Source: Candidatus Nanopelagicales bacterium (GTDB taxonomy: Bacteria > Actinomycetota > Actinomycetes > S36-B12). Taken from it: a DNA stretch of 64,000 nucleotides. Below are positions 39,136 through 47,289 of this stretch, one piece after another. The translations under genes were made by a program, and so were the position numbers. A model generated the notes under the pieces. The model was not told where the DNA came from and ran no database searches. It saw nothing but the letters and a program-made list of their open reading frames with translations. Each line of letters begins with the position of its first letter. The first letter of the stretch is position 1. Location: positions 8,879 through 72,878 of the forward strand of contig JABAYF010000003.1 in the NCBI GenBank assembly GCA_018609125.1, given 5' to 3'.

Positions 39136-40221
39136 GTGGCCGCACGAATAGTCCTGCACATCGGACCCCGGAAGACAGCAACAACATATCTGCAGCGGTG
39201 CCTGGTGAAGTTGACCAGACGCGGCGTCATTGACCCCTCCGTTTACCCACTGAACTCTCGCGAGAAGGACGACCACAACCACGTCCCAGGCATGATTGAT
39301 CTCTTGCGCACCTACGATCAGATACCCCTACAAGATGACGCTTGGCGTCACCTCGATGGGCAGGCTGCATCAGCACTCATTGATCATGCACGACAGGCTT
39401 CGGGTCCGGTTATTTTCTCCGCCGAGGCTGTGGCCGCGACTCGACTGGCGGGTGCGCGAACGGTGATCGCGGCCTTTGCTCCCGCTGAAATCACCGTGGT
39501 TATTACTGCACGGCCGGTGGGCAGAGTGCTACCTAGCTCGTGGGCCCAGCACGTACGCAATGGCAACATCGAAACCCTGGAGAGTTATTTGGATCTGCGC
39601 CGTGCAGAACGTGCTCAGATGGCGACCCTAGAAACACGACCAGACCACGCATTCTGGCGCTCCTACGCATATGGGCACCTCGTTCGTCGTTGGCGCTCAG
39701 CCGGCGCTCGTGTCGTGGTCGCAACCGTGCCATCACATCCAAGTGATCCGAGTGAAATGTGGCGCCGCTTCGTCGCAGCGACAGGTCTCACCGATGTCCT
39801 ACCAGCAGATCCGCCGCGCATCAGCGACGCCAAAGCAAACGCGTCTCTCTCCCTCGATCAATCCCTTGCAATACAGGGCTTCAACGAGACTGCTCGAGCC
39901 GCCGGCCAGGATCGCAGATGGACGCGACGTGAGCATCGCCGGATGCTACGTCACGGGTTAAGGTCAGACCCTGAGCAAGCATTGCAGGACGGCATCCCCG
40001 AACACCTGCATGAACCAGTGCAGCAATGGCAGTTTGACGATGCCAACGACCTTTCGGTGACCGGCGTTGAAACTGTAGGGGATCTCGCTGACCTCACGGC
40101 GACACCGAAACCTGCACCTAGCGACGACGAGATGATTACTGCACTTACCGATACCGTCGGACGCGGTTTACTGGGCATGCAGGCCATGCACGCCACCTCT
40201 GATGAGAGCGTCGACTCCTAA
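39136..40221 (+). CDS. sulfotransferase-fold protein, paralogue C
   Basis: LHIGPRKTATTYLQRCL and VVITARPVGRVLPSSWAQHVRNG align with paralogue A (also FWRSYAYGHLVRRW versus FWRAYAIGSLVNRW). Acidic C-terminal tail. Confidence 0.55.
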   Translation: MAARIVLHIGPRKTATTYLQRCLVKLTRRGVIDPSVYPLNSREKDDHNHVPGMIDLLRTYDQIPLQDDAWRHLDGQAASALIDHARQASGPVIFSAEAVAATRLAGARTVIAAFAPAEITVVITARPVGRVLPSSWAQHVRNGNIETLESYLDLRRAERAQMATLETRPDHAFWRSYAYGHLVRRWRSAGARVVVATVPSHPSDPSEMWRRFVAATGLTDVLPADPPRISDAKANASLSLDQSLAIQGFNETARAAGQDRRWTRREHRRMLRHGLRSDPEQALQDGIPEHLHEPVQQWQFDDANDLSVTGVETVGDLADLTATPKPAPSDDEMITALTDTVGRGLLGMQAMHATSDESVDS

Positions 40222-41306
40222 CCACGTTGAGTTGGTTGGCTCCACTCCTGCAATTGAGATACGAAGCGCACCCCGTCATTCGCCCAGTTCATGTGCGTCG
40301 TCACCCATTCGCGACCCGTGTCGGCAAATGTTTGGCCCAGCGCCGGATCGGCGCGCCATCGTCGAACGATGTCAACGACGGCATTCGTGTCACCAAACCC
40401 AACAACTTCGCCGCCACCGGAATCTTCAATCAGTGCCTTGGTTACCGGGAGGTTCGTGGCGATCACCGGCACACCGTGAGCAAGGTACTCCATGATCTTG
40501 GTCGGGCGTGAGTGCCGATAGTTGGGTTCATCGTGGAGCAACGCCAACCCGGCGATGGCCCCCTCAATCATGGCAAGGGCCTGCTCATTGGCCACATATC
40601 CGTGCCAAATCACCTCTCCACGTTCCTGGGCGGCTCGAACAGGTGCCGTCATTTCCCTATCTACAGAACCAATCAAATGAACCGACACTTCGCCATGTAG
40701 TTGCTGAGCAACTTCTAGCATCTCTACGCCGCCACGGGCACGGGTCACGTGACCCACGTAGACGATGCGATCACCGCCAACGGCGGGAACCACCGCAGGC
40801 ACCGTGGTTGAGTTCGGGATCACCGGATGTGAATCGTGGAACCGCTGCTGATAACTATGTTCAGCAAGCAATAGGTGATAGTGGGCCTCTGCTCGCAATT
40901 CCATCCGGCGGGCAAGCTGCTGCGTGATTGATCGAAGCGGTTTGGGTATCCAACCCTTAAGGCTAATTGACGCGGGCAGGTCTTCGTGCACGTCCCACAC
41001 GATGCACCGGTGCGTCAGTGTTGCGACCGCAAGCAGCAATTCAGGTGAATGCAGCAGCAACACGTCGTGATCGGGCGCCATTTTTCGCAATGTGCGGGTA
41101 GCCGCCACAAGGGCGGAGAACCTATGTCGTCCGTGTGCAGCAGGTACATCCACGCACTCCACACCCGGCATCGGCGTCACCCCGAAGTGTTGAAAGGGTG
41201 CCAGGTAGGTCACCCGGTGGCCGGCGGCGAGGAGGCTGGCGATTTCGCGTGCCGCTATACGCGCATCCCGCGGGTCGTGAACCACGGTGGCCACCAGAAC
41301 ACGCAT
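40218..41306 (-). CDS. glycosyltransferase family 4
   Basis: MRVLVATVVHDPRDARI N-terminus. C-terminal RPTKIMEYLAHGVPVIATN (GT-B donor-binding helix). The ATG shares one base with the upstream ABC ATPase stop (TAATG). Confidence 0.75.
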   Translation of the reverse strand: MRVLVATVVHDPRDARIAAREIASLLAAGHRVTYLAPFQHFGVTPMPGVECVDVPAAHGRHRFSALVAATRTLRKMAPDHDVLLLHSPELLLAVATLTHRCIVWDVHEDLPASISLKGWIPKPLRSITQQLARRMELRAEAHYHLLLAEHSYQQRFHDSHPVIPNSTTVPAVVPAVGGDRIVYVGHVTRARGGVEMLEVAQQLHGEVSVHLIGSVDREMTAPVRAAQERGEVIWHGYVANEQALAMIEGAIAGLALLHDEPNYRHSRPTKIMEYLAHGVPVIATNLPVTKALIEDSGGGEVVGFGDTNAVVDIVRRWRADPALGQTFADTGREWVTTHMNWANDGVRFVSQLQEWSQPTQRG

Positions 41307-42238
41307 TATGCGGGATTCGCATCCGCGGCCTGATCCACCGCTTCGTGTCCAGGCCGGTCCTCTCGGCGCTGGCGACGGCGATCCTTGCGGCCCTTCTTCG
41401 ATTGCAGGCCATATCTTTTCTCATAGGCTGGCACGACTTCAAGCGGATCGCCGTCGGCAATAATCTTGCCTTCATCAAGCCATATCACCCGATCGCAAGT
41501 GGCTCGAATCGACGACATGGAATGACTTACCAAAAAGATGGTGTCCGCTTCATCGCGCAACTGCTGAATCCGCTCGGTACTGCGACGCAGAAACTCACCA
41601 TCGCCGGTGGCAAGGGCCTCATCAATCAACAAGATATCGTGGGTAACCGACGAAGCGATGGCAAATTTTAGTCGAGCACCCATGCCTGAGGAGTAGGTGC
41701 GCATGGGCATGTGAATTGCTTCGCCGATGCCACTGAACTCCACGATGTCGTCATAGAGATGTTGAATGTGGTCAGGACGCAGCCCGAGGGCGAGCAATCC
41801 AAGTTCGATATTCCGGCTGCCCGAAAGCGCCTGGATGAGTGCCGAACTCACCCCGAGGAGTGTCGGCTGGGCATCGGCATAGACAGCGCCGGACGCGGCC
41901 GGCAAAAGACCTGCAATAGAACGCATCAACGTGGACTTACCAGATCCGTTTTTCCCAATAACTCCGATCGCTTCACCCTGGCGGGCAACAAAACTCACCC
42001 CGCGCAAGGCCTGGACTTCGTGCATGACCGCGATCGGCCGCCGTCTAATTGCACGTGCGATTCGGTTCTTGCGCCGCCCGTCAGTGTGGCGTGGTTTGGG
42101 AGTAGCCCACACTCGATAAGACACATGTAAATCATCAACAACGATTTTGATGTCGCCAAGTTTGCGGTCAACAAAGGCAACGCCATCGTCGGTGTCCTCA
42201 GGCTCCGCTATGTCATGGAAATCATCTTCAGTTGCCAC
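41306..42238 (-). CDS. polysaccharide/teichoic-acid-type ABC exporter, ATP-binding subunit (Wzt/TagH-like)
   Basis: Walker A GKNGSGKST, signature YSSGMGARL, Walker B ILLIDEAL. GTG 42238 was chosen, giving an 11-nt overlap with the permease. The ORF maximum is 42346. Confidence 0.85.
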   Translation of the reverse strand: MATEDDFHDIAEPEDTDDGVAFVDRKLGDIKIVVDDLHVSYRVWATPKPRHTDGRRKNRIARAIRRRPIAVMHEVQALRGVSFVARQGEAIGVIGKNGSGKSTLMRSIAGLLPAASGAVYADAQPTLLGVSSALIQALSGSRNIELGLLALGLRPDHIQHLYDDIVEFSGIGEAIHMPMRTYSSGMGARLKFAIASSVTHDILLIDEALATGDGEFLRRSTERIQQLRDEADTIFLVSHSMSSIRATCDRVIWLDEGKIIADGDPLEVVPAYEKRYGLQSKKGRKDRRRQRREDRPGHEAVDQAADANPA

Positions 42239-43112
42239 GGCCGTACCTATTCTCCGCCCGCCAGAAGTACCACACACCGAAGATCCCGATCCCAAAACTC
42301 CACGCGGCGGCCGCCGCCCAGTTCGCTGCTCCACCGGGAGCGTCATAGGTGTTCATGAGGGCGTCGCGCATGATGTTCAGGTACACGGTGCCGGGATTAA
42401 TCTCAATAATGACCACCGCCCACGGAGGTGCGCCGAGTCGATCAAGTCGGTCCGCGATCGGAATCATGACGCCGGATGCGTAGCCCCAGAGCCGCAAAAA
42501 GTAGGGCATCACATCAGCAACATCTTGAACTGCGGCTACCACGCGCGCCATAATCATGGCCATTCCAACGGCGAATAGCGTGATGAGGGCCAACGCCACC
42601 GGTGCGAGAAGCCAATTCCAGGTGATGCGCTCTCCGGTAATAAGCAGGATTCCCAGCATGATTGGAATGGACACCGCAAAAACACGCAACTGCTTGTATA
42701 CGATGGCCAAGGGCAGCACCGCGCGTGGAAAGTGAATTGCGCGAACCAACCCAACATTGCCGGAAATACTTCGTGATCCAGCTGTAACTGATTGGCGAAT
42801 CAGGGCGAATGAAAAAACTCCCACTGCCAAGAAACCAGTGTAGTTCTCGACACTTCCGCGACCGCCCAGCAAGAACCCGAACAAGAACCAGTAAATCGCC
42901 ATGGTGAATACAGGGTCTAGGACCTGCCACAGTTGACCGAGGCGACTTCGGGAGTTCTCCGCCTCCACCTTGGCCGAGGCGAAAGCCCTGATGAACGCCC
43001 GCCGCTGCCAGGTTGCACGCAGGTAGCGGAAGAACGGTGGGCGCTGGTTAACAAGTTCAAGGCCTGACTCAGCGGCAAGGGCTGCACCCGTTATTGCCCG
43101 GCCACCCTCCAT
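42228..43112 (-). CDS. ABC-2 type exporter permease (Wzm/TagG-like)
   Basis: 294 aa, 6 TM helices, N-terminal FFRYLRATWQRRAFIRAFASAKVEAENSRSRLGQLWQVLDP, typical of ABC-2 polysaccharide permeases. Confidence 0.8.
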   Translation of the reverse strand: MEGGRAITGAALAAESGLELVNQRPPFFRYLRATWQRRAFIRAFASAKVEAENSRSRLGQLWQVLDPVFTMAIYWFLFGFLLGGRGSVENYTGFLAVGVFSFALIRQSVTAGSRSISGNVGLVRAIHFPRAVLPLAIVYKQLRVFAVSIPIMLGILLITGERITWNWLLAPVALALITLFAVGMAMIMARVVAAVQDVADVMPYFLRLWGYASGVMIPIADRLDRLGAPPWAVVIIEINPGTVYLNIMRDALMNTYDAPGGAANWAAAAAWSFGIGIFGVWYFWRAENRYGRGN

Positions 43113-43114
43113 AA

Positions 43115-44386
43115 TCAGAGTCGAACCGCCGATGAATGAGATGTCACCCCGCGGGTGTCCAAGAACAAGGTGGCGGCTGCCGCCAGCGCATCAACGTCGT
43201 ACACACGATGATTCTGCAGCAGGACACATACGTCAGCAGAGACCACCGCAGCGTCGATATCAGCGTGGACGTCTAACGTGGACTCGCCCAATTGCCACTG
43301 CTGCACGTAGGGATCGTGGAAGATCACCTCAGCGCCCTTGTCCATTAATTCAACGGCAATGGGTTTGGCCGGGGACTCCCGTTGATCGGCGATGTCTGGC
43401 TTATAGGTGACGCCGAGCAGGCAGACTCGGATGCCGCGCAACGGCTGACCGGCCTCGTTGAGTAGATCCTGGATGCGCCGCACCACGTAGGCAGGCATGC
43501 CGGCGTTGATTTCCTGGGCCAACTCTACGAACCGGAACGGGTACCCCAACTTTGCCTGCACCTGGTAGGACAGGTAGTTGGGGTCAATCGGGATGCAGTG
43601 CCCACCAACACCGGGGCCGGGGTAAAAGGCCTGAAAACCAAAGGGCTTGCTTTTCGCCGCCTCGATGACGTCCCACAAATCGATGTCCAATTCATGACAG
43701 AACCGAGCCATTTCATTGACCAGGGCAATGTTGATGTGGCGGTACGTGTTTTCTAGCAACTTCGCCATCTCCGCCTCGCGTGTCCCTCTCGCCTCCACCA
43801 CCGTATCGACGAATCGGCGGTAAAAATGTGCTGCGGCAGCGGTGCACGCCGGTGTGTGCCCCCCCACGACCTTGGGGGTGTTCCGCATACCGAAAGTGGC
43901 ATTGCCCGGATCAATGCGCTCAGGGCTGAACGCCAGGAAAAAGTCTCGACCGGCGATGAGTCCGGTAGCCTCTAAAATGGGGCGCACCTCATCGTCGGTT
44001 GTTCCCGGATAGGTCGTTGACTCCAAAACCACGAGTTGGCCCCGGTGCAGGTGGGAAGCGATATTTCCCGTGGCACCCAACACGGCTGCGAGGTCGGGCC
44101 CGCCTTCGGGCGTTAACGGGGTGGGCACGCAAATGACAACGGTTGCTGCGCCAGCAAGAACGGCGGGATCCGTCGAGGCGGTGAATCCGGCATCGCGCAT
44201 GACTTCAATGTCAGCGTCACTGAGATCATCCACATGGCTGCGTCCGGCGTTGAGACCATCAATAACATCGGTGGACAGGTCATAGCCAACAACACGCAAA
44301 CCCGCCTCGGTGGCCGCTTGAGCCAGTGGCAGGCCGACATAGCCCATTCCGATGACGACGAGATCGCACGGATCGTGGACCGTCAT
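43115..44386 (-). CDS. nucleotide-sugar 6-dehydrogenase (UDP-HexNAc dehydrogenase family)
   Basis: VVIGMGYVGLPLA Rossmann N-terminus and catalytic GVGGHCIPIDPNYL. ATG 44386 is preceded by AAAGAGG. Confidence 0.85.
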   Translation of the reverse strand: MTVHDPCDLVVIGMGYVGLPLAQAATEAGLRVVGYDLSTDVIDGLNAGRSHVDDLSDADIEVMRDAGFTASTDPAVLAGAATVVICVPTPLTPEGGPDLAAVLGATGNIASHLHRGQLVVLESTTYPGTTDDEVRPILEATGLIAGRDFFLAFSPERIDPGNATFGMRNTPKVVGGHTPACTAAAAHFYRRFVDTVVEARGTREAEMAKLLENTYRHINIALVNEMARFCHELDIDLWDVIEAAKSKPFGFQAFYPGPGVGGHCIPIDPNYLSYQVQAKLGYPFRFVELAQEINAGMPAYVVRRIQDLLNEAGQPLRGIRVCLLGVTYKPDIADQRESPAKPIAVELMDKGAEVIFHDPYVQQWQLGESTLDVHADIDAAVVSADVCVLLQNHRVYDVDALAAAATLFLDTRGVTSHSSAVRL

Positions 44387-44467
44387 ACCGATGCCTCTTT
44401 CGTGTGAATCGCGACCTAGGTCGGGGGGTGAATCCGGCTGGACCGTGTTCTTAGCCACGATCCATAC

Positions 44468-46138
44468 TCAATAACCCAAAGCAGCGTACGCGTTGGCGTA
44501 CCCCGACATCACCTGAGGCCAGGTTCGACACGCCGCAACCCACTCTTTGGCCGCCACCCCGTGCCGTCGGCGAAACTCCGGCTCGGCGTAGCCAGCCAGT
44601 GCCTCAGCCCATGCCTCAGCCGAGAAATCGCCCGCGATGGTGGACCCAGGGGCCAAGGTTTCGCGAACCGCGGGCAGGTTTGAACCCACCACGGGCACGC
44701 CGCGTGCCTGTGCCTGCACCGGCTTCAAGGCAGTAACCCAGCGGGTGAGATCAGAGTCAATGCGCGGCAGGGTCAGCACATCCAGCGTGTCGAAGTACTG
44801 GCGCACCTGGTCAAGACCAACCCGACCCGGGGAAACCAGGGGCACGTGGCGCTCTCGCGCTAGTTCCCGCCACCGCGCCAATTCAGGCCCCTCACCCACC
44901 AGCAGCACCACCACGTTGAGGCCCTGACCGCGAAGTATCGCCGCGGCATCGATGGTGGTGGCCAAACCTTCGTAGGCATACATCGTGGTCACCGAGCCGA
45001 TGACCAGGTCTGCCTGCGCATACGGGCCCAGGATGGAGACGCGATTCTCCGATGGGAAAGCGGTGAGGAAATCGATGTCGACTCCGTTGGGGACGACGAA
45101 TACGCGCTCGGGAGGCACTCCTCGTTGCACAACGTGATCGCGCATGGATTCACCCAGCGTCGTCACCACATCGACCGAGCGCAATACCTGCGTGTGCTGG
45201 GCCCGCAGCCACCGAAACATGTCGGTTTCCTCCGCCTGCTTACCGCCGTGTCCTGCCGCCCAGGTGTGCTCGAAAAAGGTCCGGACTTCATAGGCCACCG
45301 GGATCTGCAGCGCCCGACCAGCCGCGAGTGCTGTCCGACCGTTCATGGCATCGGATGCCCCATGAATAACATGGGGACGCAGCCGTCGAGCGAGTTGAGT
45401 CAGGTGCTTCTCATAGGCTTTTTCAAACCGATCGGAAGCCGGTAAATGCGTTGGCAGCAGTCGGTGATAGGGCACCGTGTCAACGGTGTGATGGTTATCG
45501 GCTGCGATGTCGCCGTGAAAGACCGGGAATCCAAGCCTGGTCACCACCTGGGCATCCCAGCCACACGCACGCTGCGAAGCCGCGACCTGCTGCGTTCGGA
45601 TTGTTGATCCGGCCTGGACTCGGGGCAGGGAGTTCGTGACGACATGCAGAATCGATAGTGGCTGGTCAGTCTTGGCAGCAACGGTTGGGGCTGGAGAAGC
45701 GGCAGCGGTCCACGTGGGCACAGCAGCCCGGGCCAGCCGACTCACCCGTCGAGCAGACGTGATCACCCGCATTCTTCGGCGGCTACCTCGACGCGGGAGG
45801 GCGGCAACCTCATTGACCTGGCCCGACAGCAGGGCAGCAGCGAGCTGAGCAGAATCGTCTGCCGGGTTCTGCGCGGTGAGCGTGGGTAGTAGCGCCATGG
45901 CTCCGGCATAGTCATCCCCCGCAACAGCCTGGTCGAAACGACCTTGAGCATTTGCGGCAGGCCATGGCGAACGTAGCGTGGGTACCGCACGCTGGAGAGC
46001 CATCACTGCGCGTCGGGGATCCTCAGCGAAACGCTGCCATGCCCCGGACGCCACGAGGGGCAGGTGGCGCACGGCGCGAGACAGGGCACGCACGCGAGAA
46101 AACGCACGGGGAGGCGGGTTCGACGGTTCAACGGTCAC
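44468..46138 (-). CDS. glycosyltransferase family 4 with ~160-aa non-GT N-terminal extension
   Basis: The GT4 core begins at LSILHVVTNSLPRVQAGSTIRT. C-terminal LKPVQAQARGVPVVGSNLPA. The upstream 160 codons are open and Ala/Arg-rich. The exact start is uncertain. Confidence 0.75.
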   Translation of the reverse strand: MTVEPSNPPPRAFSRVRALSRAVRHLPLVASGAWQRFAEDPRRAVMALQRAVPTLRSPWPAANAQGRFDQAVAGDDYAGAMALLPTLTAQNPADDSAQLAAALLSGQVNEVAALPRRGSRRRMRVITSARRVSRLARAAVPTWTAAASPAPTVAAKTDQPLSILHVVTNSLPRVQAGSTIRTQQVAASQRACGWDAQVVTRLGFPVFHGDIAADNHHTVDTVPYHRLLPTHLPASDRFEKAYEKHLTQLARRLRPHVIHGASDAMNGRTALAAGRALQIPVAYEVRTFFEHTWAAGHGGKQAEETDMFRWLRAQHTQVLRSVDVVTTLGESMRDHVVQRGVPPERVFVVPNGVDIDFLTAFPSENRVSILGPYAQADLVIGSVTTMYAYEGLATTIDAAAILRGQGLNVVVLLVGEGPELARWRELARERHVPLVSPGRVGLDQVRQYFDTLDVLTLPRIDSDLTRWVTALKPVQAQARGVPVVGSNLPAVRETLAPGSTIAGDFSAEAWAEALAGYAEPEFRRRHGVAAKEWVAACRTWPQVMSGYANAYAALGY

Positions 46139-46182
46139 GTCTGGGATAGTAGGCGGTGCAACCTCCCGACCGAGAGGCTCCG

Positions 46183-47289
46183 ATGACTCTGCTGCACATT
46201 ACTGGCGCTCGACCCAATTTTCCCAAGGCGGCTCCAGTCATCGCGGCTCTGGCGGAATTGGGGGTCCGCCAGCGCTTAGTTCACACCGGTCAGCATTATG
46301 ACGACCGCATGTCTGAAGTCTTTTTTCGCGAATTGAGTCTGCCTCAACCTGACGTGAATCTAGGCGTGGGGTCAGGCTCCCATGCCCAGCAAACGGCTGC
46401 CCTCATGATCGGCCTGGAAGAGGAAATTCTCTCGACCGAACCACAGTTGGTCATCGTCTATGGCGATGTGAACTCGACCCTGGCTGCGGCCATCGTCGCT
46501 GCCAAGCTGGGCGTTCCCTTGGCTCACGTGGAGGCCGGGCTGCGAAGTTTCGACATGTCGATGCCCGAAGAAATCAACCGGTTGGTCACCGATGCACTTG
46601 CCGACCTCCTCTTCGTGACCAGTCCGGATGCTATTGCTCACCTTGCTCGAGAAGGCGTGCCGGAAGGCAAGATTCACCTGGTGGGCAATCCCATGATCGA
46701 CACGCTCCTGGCGCAACTGCATCGCCTCAATGTAGATCAGGCCCGTCAAAACATCGGCGTGGGTGTCGACTACATCGTGGCAACCTTGCACAGGCCGGGC
46801 AATGTGGATGACCCACAGGTAGCAGCAGACCTGGTCGCCGTGGTTCACGAAGCAGCCGGCATCGCCGACATTGTGCTTCCGCTACACCCTCGCGGCAGAG
46901 CGGTACTTGAAGCTCTCGGCATCGGCGACCATCCGCGCGTTCACGTGGTGGAGCCCCTCGGCTATATCGACTTCATGTCGCTCGTACGTGGATCCCTCGC
47001 GGTCATTACTGATTCTGGCGGGGTGCAGGAAGAAACGACGGTGCTCGGTGTCCCCTGTTTAACGCTGCGGCCCAACACTGAACGCCCCGTCACTATTAGT
47101 CACGGCACCAACCAGTTGGTCACTACTCATTCGCTCCCTGCCGCACTCGCCGAGCAGGTGGCGCTACGCCGAGAACAACCCGACCGCCTTGCTCCACCTA
47201 CTCGCATCCCACCGCTGTGGGATGGTCATGCGGGCGAACGAATCGCACACCTGATCGTTGACTGGCTCGACGATCGGTACGCCCGATGA
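46183..47289 (+). CDS. wecB: UDP-N-acetylglucosamine 2-epimerase (non-hydrolysing)
   Basis: ITGARPNFPKAAPV, HTGQHYD, GDVNSTLAAA, HVEAGLRSFDMSMPEEINR. ATG 46183 is preceded by GAGAGG. Confidence 0.9.
   Translation: MTLLHITGARPNFPKAAPVIAALAELGVRQRLVHTGQHYDDRMSEVFFRELSLPQPDVNLGVGSGSHAQQTAALMIGLEEEILSTEPQLVIVYGDVNSTLAAAIVAAKLGVPLAHVEAGLRSFDMSMPEEINRLVTDALADLLFVTSPDAIAHLAREGVPEGKIHLVGNPMIDTLLAQLHRLNVDQARQNIGVGVDYIVATLHRPGNVDDPQVAADLVAVVHEAAGIADIVLPLHPRGRAVLEALGIGDHPRVHVVEPLGYIDFMSLVRGSLAVITDSGGVQEETTVLGVPCLTLRPNTERPVTISHGTNQLVTTHSLPAALAEQVALRREQPDRLAPPTRIPPLWDGHAGERIAHLIVDWLDDRYAR

Noticed and set aside
42239-42346. Longer 346-aa version of the ABC ATPase ORF, overlapping the permease by 119 nt
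   Set aside because: The extension (MTLPVEQRTGRRPPRG...) is Arg/Gly-rich shadow-like sequence. The GTG at 42238 gives an 11-nt overlap typical of this operon.
43859-43865. C7/G7 homopolymer inside the nucleotide-sugar dehydrogenase gene (and an A7 run at 38058-38064) as a possible phase-variation switch
   Set aside because: The tracts are short, single, and encode ordinary residues (VVGGH; TRKKRR). There is no evidence of length polymorphism from a single sequence.
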